NCBI GenBank assembly: GCA_963805485.1
Contig: CAWDUN010000001.1
Coordinates: forward strand, 184,494-248,493
DNA length: 64,000 nucleotides
Direction: 5' to 3'
DNA from: an uncultured Verrucomicrobiae bacterium
GTDB taxonomy: Bacteria; Verrucomicrobiota; Verrucomicrobiia; Chthoniobacterales; UBA10450
Shown: positions 35,755 through 44,667 of the stretch, piece by piece
How positions within the stretch are numbered: the stretch's first letter is position 1
Layout of the letters: each line of letters begins with the position of its first letter
The notes under the pieces: model-generated
What the model was told of the DNA's origin: nothing
The model's database searches: none
Seen by the model: the letters and a program-made list of their open reading frames with translations, nothing else
Position numbers and translations under genes: made by a program

Positions 35755-37962
35755 ATGAGATCATCTTTGCGACGATCACTTACACTTTGCACGATTCTTT
35801 TTACGGCCGCGCTCGCGGCTCCGCTGGCACCGGCGAGTACGAGAGAAACCGTGGCGATGTCCGTGGGGCGACTCCTGGAGGAAGGCCATTACACCCGGCA
35901 AAAACTGAACGAAGAGGTTTCGAAAAAATTCCTCCAGACGTATTTGGAGATGCTCGATTACAGCCATCTCTTTTTCACGCAGGAAGACGTTGATTCCGTT
36001 ACTAAGAAGTATGCCAACGACATGGCCGGAGACGTTCTAATGGGAACGCTCAAGCCAGGCTACGAGATTTACGCGCTGTACAGCAAGCGCGTCGATGAAC
36101 GCGTGGCGAAGATAAAAGAGCTATTGAAACAGCCGATCGAGTTCAAAAGCGATGCGACGGTCGAATTGAGCCGTCAAAAATCGCCCTGGCCGAAAAACGA
36201 GGCTGAAGCCGACCAACTCTGGCGCGGCCGCATCGCAAACGAACTTCTTCAGGAACATCTGAGCGAACACCCGATCGAGCCCGCGCCGCAACTCGTTTCA
36301 CGCCGCTACGAGCGTGTGGCCAAGAATGTTCACGAGCAGGATAAGGACGAGCAGATGAAACTTTATCTCGATGCCCTGGCCCAGGCTTACGATCCGCACT
36401 CGGAATACCTGAGCAAAGCGGACATGAAGAATTTCAGCATCAACATGGGCCTGTCGCTTGTGGGCATCGGCGCGATGCTTCGCTCCGAAGATGGCTACGC
36501 CAAAATTGAAAGCCTTGTCCCCGGTGGACCAGCGCAAACGGACGGGCGACTCAAGGTCGGCGACCGCATCAGTGCCGTGGCGCAAGGCCCGGCAGAATAT
36601 GTGGATGTTCGCGAGATGCGACTCGACAAGGTCGTCGAAATGATTCGCGGAAAGAAAGGCACACGCGTCCGCTTGCTTGTGATTCCTTCGGATGCAGCTG
36701 ATCCGTCGCACAGAAAAAATGTCGATCTGGTGCGCGATGAAATTAAGCTAAAAGATCAGGAAGCCCGCGCCGACATCATCCTTAGGAAAGACGAGAACGG
36801 CGAGCCGATAAAACTCGGCTGGTTGACTCTGCCGTCTTTCTATGCCGACATGGACAGGCACCAGAAGAGCACGACCCGCGACGTTCTGGCATTACTCAAG
36901 CGGCTGAAGAAAGAAAATATTAGCGGGCTGGTGGTTGATCTGCGCAAAAATGGCGGCGGTTCACTGGAAGAAGCGCTTTCGCTGACCGGCTTGTTTTTGA
37001 AATCAGGTCCCATCGTTCAGACGAAAGACTATAACGGGTCGATCAGAATTTCTTCCGATCCGGATTCAGGTATCGCTTACTCGGGTCCAATGGTTGTGCT
37101 TACCAGTCGACAAAGCGCATCCGCGAGCGAGATTTTCGCCGCTGCGCTCCAGGATTATGGCCGCGCGGTCATCGTTGGCGATAAGAACACGTTCGGCAAA
37201 GGCACCGTGCAAACCATCCTTCCGATCGGCCGCTTCGCTTCGCTGTTGGGCAGTCATACCGATGAAGACGGCGCGCTGAAGTTAACCATCCAAAAATTTT
37301 ATCGCGTGGCGGGTGGCTCGACACAGCTGCACGGTGTCGCATCCGATATTGTTCTTCCGAGTTTGAGCGATCTTCCTGAATTCGGTGAAGGCGCACTAAA
37401 AAATGCCCTGCCATACGACGAAGTGACGAAGGCGAAATACACCAAATGGTCGGACAACCATTCGCTTTTCATTGACCAACTTCGCCGGCGTTCGGAGGAG
37501 CGTGTGAAAAGCGACCCCGAATTTCATTACGTCATGGAAGACATGAATCGTTTGCGCCACAAGATTGACGCAAACAGAATCTCGCTGAACGAAGATGCAC
37601 GAAAGAAAGAGCTTGCCGACGATAAGTTGCGCAAGGAAACGCGCTCAAAAGAGCGGCTGGCGCGGCATCAGGAGGAACCGAGCATCTATCGCGTGACGCT
37701 CGACACCGTGGATAAACCGAATCTGCAATTGATCATGTATCCCGGGAAATTGGCCGAAGCGAAGAAGAACGGCATTGTGCCGAAGGTGGATTCCGACGCC
37801 GCTCCGGACGCCGATTCGGATCTCCCTGACAGCACGACAGGCGACGGCGATAGCAACAGCAAGGACCCTCAAATCGATCCAGAGCGCGACGAGGCGCTTA
37901 ATATTCTGACTGATCTTGTCCAGCTTTCGATCGGGCCTAAGACAGCTAGTACTACCCGTTAG
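35755..37962 (+). CDS. carboxy-terminal processing (tail-specific) protease, peptidase S41
   Basis: 735 aa with a signal peptide, a PDZ region (GIGAMLRSEDGYAKIESLVPGGPA), and an S41 core (DLRKNGGGSLEEA, SASASEIFAAALQDY, GKGTVQ). Confidence 0.85.
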   Translation: MRSSLRRSLTLCTILFTAALAAPLAPASTRETVAMSVGRLLEEGHYTRQKLNEEVSKKFLQTYLEMLDYSHLFFTQEDVDSVTKKYANDMAGDVLMGTLKPGYEIYALYSKRVDERVAKIKELLKQPIEFKSDATVELSRQKSPWPKNEAEADQLWRGRIANELLQEHLSEHPIEPAPQLVSRRYERVAKNVHEQDKDEQMKLYLDALAQAYDPHSEYLSKADMKNFSINMGLSLVGIGAMLRSEDGYAKIESLVPGGPAQTDGRLKVGDRISAVAQGPAEYVDVREMRLDKVVEMIRGKKGTRVRLLVIPSDAADPSHRKNVDLVRDEIKLKDQEARADIILRKDENGEPIKLGWLTLPSFYADMDRHQKSTTRDVLALLKRLKKENISGLVVDLRKNGGGSLEEALSLTGLFLKSGPIVQTKDYNGSIRISSDPDSGIAYSGPMVVLTSRQSASASEIFAAALQDYGRAVIVGDKNTFGKGTVQTILPIGRFASLLGSHTDEDGALKLTIQKFYRVAGGSTQLHGVASDIVLPSLSDLPEFGEGALKNALPYDEVTKAKYTKWSDNHSLFIDQLRRRSEERVKSDPEFHYVMEDMNRLRHKIDANRISLNEDARKKELADDKLRKETRSKERLARHQEEPSIYRVTLDTVDKPNLQLIMYPGKLAEAKKNGIVPKVDSDAAPDADSDLPDSTTGDGDSNSKDPQIDPERDEALNILTDLVQLSIGPKTASTTR

Positions 37963-38263
37963 GCAACGGAAATACGAGGCAGCGATTTCGCGGCCATGCC
38001 GGCACATTCGTCTCGGCCGGCAGCATAATACGTGGCCCGTTTGACCCAAACCCACCACAGCCTCGAGGGTCGCAACGCGAACGCATCCGGGAGTCCAAAT
38101 GAAAAGCGTTTGTCATTTTGTGCTTAGCATTTAGTTTCCGCCCGCGATCTTTTCGCCTATCCTGCGTCTGCGGGATTAATCAGTGAGCGAGGCCGGAAAG
38201 ATCGATAACGGAACAACAGCTCACTGAACAAGGAGCCCCGAGAAGATTCCGGGGCAAAACAAC

Positions 38264-38650
38264 ATGCCAAGAGCTACAAATGCCCCGGCGAGCCGTGCGC
38301 GCCGGAAACGAATGCTGAAAAAAGCGAAGGGCTACCGCGGCCGCCGCTCGAAACTTTTTCGCTACGCAAAAGACGCGGTGATGAAGGCGCAGTATTGGGC
38401 TTACCGCGACCGCAAAACCCGCAAGCGCACATTTCGGTATCTCTGGATCCAACGTCTCAACGCCGCCGCACGGGCCAACGGGATGACTTACAGCCGTTTG
38501 GCTGAAGGACTGAAAGCTGCCGGTATCGGTCTGGATCGCAAAATTCTCGCGGACCTCGCGGTCACCGACGAAGCCGCATTCAAATCGATTATTCATCAGG
38601 CAAAGAGCGCGCTGGAAGACAAAGCCAAATCAAAAAAGCAGGCGGCGTGA
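38264..38650 (+). CDS. rplT: 50S ribosomal protein L20
   Basis: [42 protein letters not shown]..., canonical L20. Confidence 0.95.
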   Translation: MPRATNAPASRARRKRMLKKAKGYRGRRSKLFRYAKDAVMKAQYWAYRDRKTRKRTFRYLWIQRLNAAARANGMTYSRLAEGLKAAGIGLDRKILADLAVTDEAAFKSIIHQAKSALEDKAKSKKQAA

Positions 38651-38695
38651 TCTTGTCGTTGAAGCGATGAACCGTTGAAGCCTTGCAGCTGAAAG

Positions 38696-38801
38696 TTGTC
38701 ATTCTGATCCCGCAGTCGCGGGAGAAGAATCTCTGATTGCTCTCTTTGCGGTAAAAACAAGCCAACAAACCTGAGGTGTTTCGCTTCGCTCAACATGACA
38801 C
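38696..38801. repeat. family A MITE-like element
   Basis: GTTGTCATTCTGATCCCGCAGTCGCGGGAGAAGAATCTC ... GTGTTTCGCTTCGCTCAACATGACAC. Flanked by inverted CGTTGAAG/CTTCAACG motifs (about 38657-38850). Confidence 0.7.
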
Positions 38802-38851
38802 TGATAGACTAGCCCGCTTCAACGCTTCGACGGTTTAACTCTTCAACGGCT

Positions 38852-39868
38852 ATGACTCACCCGCTGGAACAACTGCGTGACGACGCGCTGCGCGAGATCG
38901 AAGCTGCGCGGGACGAGAAATCGCTCGAAGGCGTCCGCGTAAAATATCTCGGAAAAAGCGGCGGCATCTCCGAATGGGGCGAGCGGATGAAAACGCTCGG
39001 CAAAGAGGAACGCCCAGTCGTCGGCAAGCTGCTCAACCAGGCGCGCAACGCCGTTAGCGCAGCGCTTGATCAACACGGCGAAAGAGTGCGCGCTGAAAAA
39101 GAATCTGGCGCGCTGGCAAGCATCGACATCTCGCTTCCGGGAAGCCCACACGAGCTTGGTTCTCTGCATCCGCTTCATCAAATGCACGAGCGCGGAATTC
39201 AGATTTTTCGACAAATGGGTTTCACGCTGGCGGGAGGTCCCGATATCGAAACCGAATGGTACTGCTTCGACGCTCTGAACACGCCGCCCGACCATCCCGC
39301 ACGGAATGAACAGGACACGTTTTATTTGTCTGATGGCCGACTTCTGCGAACGCACACTTCGACCGTGCAGATCCGCGCGATGGAATCGGCGCCGCCTCCG
39401 ATCCGCGTGATTGCCTCAGGTGCAGCGTATCGGCGTGACGAACTCGACGCAACGCACAGCCCGCAGTTTCATCAGATTGAAGGATTGTACGTCGATGAAA
39501 ACGTCAGCGTCGCCGATCTGAAAGGTGAGCTCGAATTTTTCATGCGCGAACTTTTTGGTGCCGAAACTGAAGTGGAATTTCGGCCGCATTTCTTTCCGTT
39601 CACCGAGCCAAGTTTGGAGGTTTACGTCCGATCAAAGGCTCTGAAAGCCGGCGAGCAGTGGATCGAAGTAGCCGGTTGCGGCATGGTTCATCCGGCAGTT
39701 TTTGAAGCGGTCAACAAAGCGCGTGGCGATAACGCTTACGATCCGGAAAAGTGGAGCGGCTACGCGTTCGGGCTCGGCATGGATCGCCTGGCGATGATCC
39801 TATTCGAGATTCCTGATATCCGGCTTTTCTCGCAGAATGACCTGCGGTTTTTGAAACAGTTCGCGTGA
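38852..39868 (+). CDS. pheS: phenylalanine--tRNA ligase alpha subunit
   Basis: 338 aa. Contains FRPHFFPFTEPS, GCGMVHP and GFAFGLGMDRLAM-type motifs. Confidence 0.95.
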   Translation: MTHPLEQLRDDALREIEAARDEKSLEGVRVKYLGKSGGISEWGERMKTLGKEERPVVGKLLNQARNAVSAALDQHGERVRAEKESGALASIDISLPGSPHELGSLHPLHQMHERGIQIFRQMGFTLAGGPDIETEWYCFDALNTPPDHPARNEQDTFYLSDGRLLRTHTSTVQIRAMESAPPPIRVIASGAAYRRDELDATHSPQFHQIEGLYVDENVSVADLKGELEFFMRELFGAETEVEFRPHFFPFTEPSLEVYVRSKALKAGEQWIEVAGCGMVHPAVFEAVNKARGDNAYDPEKWSGYAFGLGMDRLAMILFEIPDIRLFSQNDLRFLKQFA

Positions 39869-39877
39869 GCGCAGTTT

Positions 39878-39962
39878 TGTCATGTCGAGCGAAGTCGAAA
39901 CATCCCGTCGCATTACGGTCAGGCATTCCCGCGGGATTCCTCGACTTCGTTCGGAATGACTG
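39878..39962. repeat. family A MITE-like element
   Basis: TGTCATGTCGAGCGAAGTCGAAACATCC ... GGGATTCCTCGACTTCGTTCGGAATGACTG. GGAATGAC ends 11 nt before the pheT ATG. Confidence 0.7.
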
Positions 39963-39971
39963 TGCAAAAAC

Positions 39972-42311
39972 ATGAAATTTTCCGTTAACTGGCTGCGCGA
40001 ATTTGTCGATTTTCCAAACAATCCGGAAGAGATCGCCAAATTGCTGACTCGCGCCGGCATTGAAATAAAAAAAATCGAGACGCGCGGTGCCAACATCGAA
40101 AATGTCGTCATTTCGCAAATTACGGCGTCCTCTCGTCATCCGAATGCCGACCGGCTCACGGTTTGCGAGGTAGACGACGGGAGCGGTTCGAAGCGCCAGA
40201 TCGTTTGTGGCGCAACAAATTATAAGGTCGGCGACAAAGTTCCTCTCGCGCTCCCAGGCGCGAAGCTGCCGAATGGCACCGAGATCCGAAAGAGCAAGCT
40301 ACGCGGCGTCGAGTCGGAGGGAATGCTTTGCAGCCCGATCGAGCTCGGTCTCGGCGACGACGCGTCGGGCCTCTTGATTTTGTCCGCCGAAGCAAAAGTT
40401 GGCGGGCCGATCGCTGATCTTTTCCCACTGGATACAATTCTGGATGTCGAGATCACGCCTAATCGCGGTGATTTGCTGAGCCATTTCGGGCTCGCCCGAG
40501 AAATTGCAGCCCTGACTGGAGCCGCGGCCCTCTCGCCGCCCGCGGGAGAAACGGCGCCGAGGCGCGCCGAGTCCATCACCATCGCCGCGCCCAGCGAATG
40601 TCCATTTTTCTCGCTGCGCAAAATCGACAATGTAAAAGTCGGTCCCAGCCCGCAGTGGTTGCGCGCGAAAATTGAGAGCGTCGGTGTTCGCTCCATCAAC
40701 AACGTCGTCGACATCTCGAATTTTGTGATGCTGGAGCTCGGCCAACCGACGCACGCGTTCGACGCCGATAAATTAAACGGCGGCATCAATGTGCGGCTCG
40801 CGCGCAACGCCGAGAAATTCCTCGCGCTTGACGGAAAGACTTACTCGCTCAAGCCGGACATTTGCGTCATCGCCGATCAGGACCGTGCGGTTGGAATCGG
40901 CGGCGTGATGGGCGGCGAGGAAACGGGTGTGACCGACTCGACGAAACATATTTTGCTCGAGGCCGCTTATTTTCTGCCGGCTAGTATTCGCAGGACGGCG
41001 CGTGATTTGAATCTGCAAAGCGATGCAAGCTATCGGTTCGAACGCGGCGTGGATCCGGACATGATTTTGCGAGCGTCGCAGCGCGCAGCCGAATTGATGG
41101 GCCAGATCGCTGGTGGAACGCCGGCGAAAGAAATTCAGGTCGCGGGCGAACTTCCAACCGATCCAGCTGGCGTCTCGTTGAGATACGAAAAATGTTCTCG
41201 CGTAATCGGCGTCGCAATTGATCCCGAAAAAATTGATGAAACTCTCACGCGTTTCGGACTGCAGAAAACTGCGGGCACGAACGAGTCCGCAACCTGGAAA
41301 ATTCCGAGTTACCGCCGCGATTTGCAGCGCGACGTCGATCTGATCGAAGAAGTCCTCCGCGCATACGGAATAGACAAAATCCCCGGAAGGACCCGCGGAC
41401 GCTTCATGCCAAGGAGTAAGACTGACAGTTCACATGATGTCGAAACACTTTTTCTTCGACAGCGATTGACTGGATCCGGCTTGTCAGAAGTTCGAACATC
41501 AAAATTGATTTCGAGAAACGCAATGGCTTCCAACCAGGCGGTCGAGTTACGCAATCCGCTGAGCGAGGATCACGTGGCGCTCCGGCCAAACTTGATCGGC
41601 GGTTTGCTCGGCGTGCTGGAACGAAACATTCGTGCCGGAGCCGAGAGTGTTTCCATCTTCGAGATCGGTCGTGCATTCATTGCGCCATCTGGAAAAGAAG
41701 AACCGCATCTTGGAATTCTGTTGTGGGGAAATGTGAATCGGGCGCCGAATTGGCGCTCGCAGGCAAGGCGAACCCTCGACTTTTTTGATCTCAAAGGCAC
41801 ACTCGAAGGCATTGTTCCAAATCTGTCGTTTCAGTCCGGACAATTCCCTGATTTCGCGCTCGCGGTCGACATTTGCTCCGCTGGCGAGCGGATTGGATTC
41901 GGTGGACAACTCGTGGCAAGCAAATCGAACGCTCCGGGTCCGGTGCTTGTTGCAGAGTTGAATGCCGATTGTTTTTTGGACAGAATTGCGTCCGCGAAAA
42001 AATTCCGAGAACTTGATCGATACCCCGTGATCACGCGCGACATCGCCATGATTGTTCCCGAGAAATTGCGTCACGTTGACATTCTGCGCGCGATTGAAGA
42101 ACCATCGGAGCCTCTGCTTGAGAGCGTGCAGTTATTCGACTTGTTTGAAATTAAAGAAGCCGGAACTGCGAGCGCTTCCGGAAAATCACTTGCATATAGA
42201 TTGACATACCGCGCGAAAAATCGCACACTGACAAACGAGGAAGTGACCACAGTGCACGCGAAGATTCGCGAACGAATAAAACGCGAACTCGGAGCGACGC
42301 TGCGGGAATAG
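39972..42311 (+). CDS. pheT: phenylalanine--tRNA ligase beta subunit
   Basis: 779 aa with an N-terminal tRNA-binding domain (HPNADRLTVCEVD), B3/4 and B5 domains, and a C-terminal FDX-ACB domain. Confidence 0.95.
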   Translation: MKFSVNWLREFVDFPNNPEEIAKLLTRAGIEIKKIETRGANIENVVISQITASSRHPNADRLTVCEVDDGSGSKRQIVCGATNYKVGDKVPLALPGAKLPNGTEIRKSKLRGVESEGMLCSPIELGLGDDASGLLILSAEAKVGGPIADLFPLDTILDVEITPNRGDLLSHFGLAREIAALTGAAALSPPAGETAPRRAESITIAAPSECPFFSLRKIDNVKVGPSPQWLRAKIESVGVRSINNVVDISNFVMLELGQPTHAFDADKLNGGINVRLARNAEKFLALDGKTYSLKPDICVIADQDRAVGIGGVMGGEETGVTDSTKHILLEAAYFLPASIRRTARDLNLQSDASYRFERGVDPDMILRASQRAAELMGQIAGGTPAKEIQVAGELPTDPAGVSLRYEKCSRVIGVAIDPEKIDETLTRFGLQKTAGTNESATWKIPSYRRDLQRDVDLIEEVLRAYGIDKIPGRTRGRFMPRSKTDSSHDVETLFLRQRLTGSGLSEVRTSKLISRNAMASNQAVELRNPLSEDHVALRPNLIGGLLGVLERNIRAGAESVSIFEIGRAFIAPSGKEEPHLGILLWGNVNRAPNWRSQARRTLDFFDLKGTLEGIVPNLSFQSGQFPDFALAVDICSAGERIGFGGQLVASKSNAPGPVLVAELNADCFLDRIASAKKFRELDRYPVITRDIAMIVPEKLRHVDILRAIEEPSEPLLESVQLFDLFEIKEAGTASASGKSLAYRLTYRAKNRTLTNEEVTTVHAKIRERIKRELGATLRE

Positions 42312-42321
42312 TTCTTTGAGA

Positions 42322-42393
42322 GAAGAGAGCCGTTTGTTGAGGGTTGGGAAGAAAACCAGTGCTTTTCTCTCAACTCTCGACCAACGGCTCTTC
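42322..42393. repeat. long imperfect hairpin directly after pheT
   Basis: GAAGAGAGCCGTTTGTTGAGGGTTGGGAAGAAAA ccagtgc TTTTCTCTCAACTCTCGACCAACGGCTCTTC. Arms of about 30 nt with a few mismatches and bulges. Confidence 0.6.
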
Positions 42394-42616
42394 AGCGGTC
42401 CCGAATTTTTTGACGTCGGGATCGAACATTTACCCTGCGATGTTCGAGATTACGAGGTGTGATTCCCGAACCGCTATTTGATGAAACTAGGAGGCTGTGT
42501 CGCCTGCAGAACATGACAGGCCTTAATTGGAAGTCAGACGCTGCGACGACGGTCATCCGCCCGTTACTGAAAGGGAACGGGTGATCCGCCTGAACGGCAT
42601 CGGCGGGGTAAGATTT

Positions 42617-42654
42617 GAAAACCCGGGTCGAGATTTCGATCCGGGTTTTTTCTT
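42617..42654 (+). terminator. strong intrinsic terminator 113 nt upstream of carA
   Basis: AAAACCCGGGTCGA gatt TCGATCCGGGTTTTTTCTT. The stem is about 11 bp (one G-U pair) followed by a T6 run. Confidence 0.7.
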
Positions 42655-42767
42655 GATAAGCCTTTTGTTATTCTGAGGGAAGTGAAGATCTGTTCGCCTC
42701 AATTTTTCAACGCTTTAATAATACCCGATTTGAAAATAGCGCGCGAACATCGACAATCCGCGGTGAC

Positions 42768-43913
42768 GTGCGCACGATTTTAGCTCTCGAAGACGGCCGA
42801 TATTTCGAGGGCGATACTTTTGGCGCGACCGCGACATCCGTCGGTGAAGTTTGCTTTAACACAGCAATGACTGGTTACCAGGAAGTGCTGACCGATCCGT
42901 CGTATCGCGGGCAAATCGTGTCGATGACGTATCCGTTGATCGGAAACTACGGGATCAACTCGCTGGACGACGAAAGTCGCTCTCCGCAGGTGCGCGGATT
43001 CGTCATTGAGGAGCTAACCGATGTCCCAAGCAATTGGCGCTCGGAAATGTCCCTCGATGAATATCTGCGCAAATGGAACATCCCTGGAGCGAAAGGGATC
43101 GATACACGCGCGCTGACGCGACATCTGCGCACGCGGGGCGCGATGAAAGCGTGCCTGACGACCGAAGAAATCTCGCCGCAAGAAGCAACGCAAAGAGCCA
43201 TTCAAGGCGAGGGCGTGATCGGCATGGATTACGTCCGCGAAGTTTCAACGAAAAAAATTTACCGTTGGGACCCCGAGGACAAACTCAGCGCGCCATGGTC
43301 GATCCAAAAATCGCCGGGCGGCCAGGAAAAACGAGACCTGCCACCAATCCGTTTCCGAATTGCCGCATATGACTACGGCATAAAGGAAAATATTCTGCGC
43401 CTGCTCCGGCAGAAGGGATTCGAAGTGACCGTCGTCCCGGCCGACACGTCGGCTGACGAAGTGCTGACACTGAATCCTGACGGAATTTTTCTTTCCAACG
43501 GTCCGGGCGATCCGGCCGCGCTCGATTACGCACACAAAACGGTGCACGCGTTGATGGGCAAAAAACCGATCTTCGGGATCTGTCTTGGTCATCAAGTTCT
43601 CGGATTCGCGTTCGGAGGCTCGACCTTCAAATTGAAATTCGGCCATCGCGGCGCGAATCAACCGGTCAAAGATTTGCGCACTGGTAAAGTGGCGATTACC
43701 GCGCAAAATCATGGTTTCGCCGTGGATTCGGAGTCGCTCCCTTCAGCGGTTGAAGTGACTCACATCAACTTGAACGACGGCACAGTCGAGGGAATGCGTC
43801 ACAAGAAATTGCCGATCTTCAGCGTGCAATACCATCCCGAAGCTGCGCCTGGACCGCATGACGCCACCTACTTTTTCGATCAGTTCGCTGAGCTGATTGA
43901 GCAGCAGAAATAA
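42768..43913 (+). CDS. carA: carbamoyl-phosphate synthase small (glutamine amidotransferase) subunit
   Basis: GTG start. [15 protein letters not shown]..., GATase region GICLGHQ, and ...QYHPEA. Confidence 0.93.
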   Translation: MRTILALEDGRYFEGDTFGATATSVGEVCFNTAMTGYQEVLTDPSYRGQIVSMTYPLIGNYGINSLDDESRSPQVRGFVIEELTDVPSNWRSEMSLDEYLRKWNIPGAKGIDTRALTRHLRTRGAMKACLTTEEISPQEATQRAIQGEGVIGMDYVREVSTKKIYRWDPEDKLSAPWSIQKSPGGQEKRDLPPIRFRIAAYDYGIKENILRLLRQKGFEVTVVPADTSADEVLTLNPDGIFLSNGPGDPAALDYAHKTVHALMGKKPIFGICLGHQVLGFAFGGSTFKLKFGHRGANQPVKDLRTGKVAITAQNHGFAVDSESLPSAVEVTHINLNDGTVEGMRHKKLPIFSVQYHPEAAPGPHDATYFFDQFAELIEQQK

Positions 43914-43938
43914 CGCAGCGAGGAATCGGTGGTCGGGC

Positions 43939-44071
43939 TAATGACGAAGCTCGAATGACGAATGACGAAGGAAGTTCGAATGCTCAAATGACGAAAATAT
44001 TGCAAAACGTGTTCGCTCATTCGGATTTCGCCATTCCTTCGTCATTAGAACATTCGTCAATTCGTCATTTC
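43939..44071. repeat. family B palindromic element (AATGACGAA repeats)
   Basis: TAATGACGAAGCTCGAATGACGAATGACGAAGGAA ... TTCCTTCGTCATTAGAACATTCGTCAATTCGTCATTTCG. Confidence 0.7.
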
Positions 44072-44119
44072 GACCGTGTGGCTGATTGACCAGCACGCCC
44101 AGCAGCCCACATTTGTATC

Positions 44120-44527
44120 ATGTCTAATTCAACGAGTAATAAACCTACACTGATGAAAATTGCGGCTGCAGCGACGCTCGTTGCAGCACTGACGCTCTCG
44201 CCGCTGGCGATCGCGCAAGAACACGAGCACAGCGACGACGCGGCTGCTTCCAAAGAAGTCACCGGCGAAGTTGTCGATATGATGTGCTACGTCGATCACA
44301 ACGCTGTCGGCGAAAAGCATGGTCAATCGTGCGGCGCGAAATGCATCAAGAGCGGCGGTCCGGCCGGGATCGTCAGCGACGGCAAAGCGTATCTGGTCGT
44401 CGGCGAACACAAGCCGATGAACGATCAACTCGCGGAGTATTGCGGCAAAACGATCACGCTGAAGGGCAAAATGGCCGAGCGCGGCGGGATCGCCATGATC
44501 GAGAACGCCGAGATCGTGAAGAAATAA
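44120..44527 (+). CDS. secreted Cys-containing hypothetical protein
   Basis: Signal peptide (MKIAAAATLVAALTLSPLAIA), a His/Asp-rich start of the mature part (QEHEHSDD), and four Cys (MMCYVDH..GQSCGAKCIKSG..EYCG). No family recognised. Confidence 0.5.
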   Translation: MSNSTSNKPTLMKIAAAATLVAALTLSPLAIAQEHEHSDDAAASKEVTGEVVDMMCYVDHNAVGEKHGQSCGAKCIKSGGPAGIVSDGKAYLVVGEHKPMNDQLAEYCGKTITLKGKMAERGGIAMIENAEIVKK

Positions 44528-44567
44528 ACCGTAGCATTTCGCTGTAGGAAACGCGCGCTTAGCTGCT

Positions 44568-44660
44568 CGTCATCCTGAGCGCAGCGCAGCGGAGTCGAAG
44601 GATCCCGCGGAGCTATCGAATCTTTCGCGACGGGATTCCTCGACTTCGCTCGGAATGACA
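44568..44660. repeat. family A MITE-like element
   Basis: CGTCATCCTGAGCGCAGCGCAGCGGAGTCGAAGGATCCCGCGG ... GACGGGATTCCTCGACTTCGCTCGGAATGACAA. Confidence 0.75.
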
Positions 44661-44667
44661 ATCGAAG

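Noticed and set aside
37963-38263. Hidden rpmI (L35) gene upstream of rplT
   Set aside because: The only ATG-initiated ORFs here are about 10 codons long (MPAHSSRPAA*, MKSVCHFVLSI*), and none resembles L35.
42480-42655. Resemblance of the pheT-carA spacer to SRP RNA (CATGACAGGCC..GGAAGTCAG), to the ykkC/guanidine-I 3' half (ACGG..GGGG..AAAACCCGGG..GAGA), or to a PyrR binding loop (..GGAGGCT)
   Set aside because: Each match covers only a few nucleotides. The SRP helix-8 pairing and GNRA loop are absent. The ykkC 5' half (GGTCCGAGAG) is absent, and the CCCGGG belongs to the terminator stem. The PyrR consensus is incomplete. I cannot assign a class without a covariance-model search.
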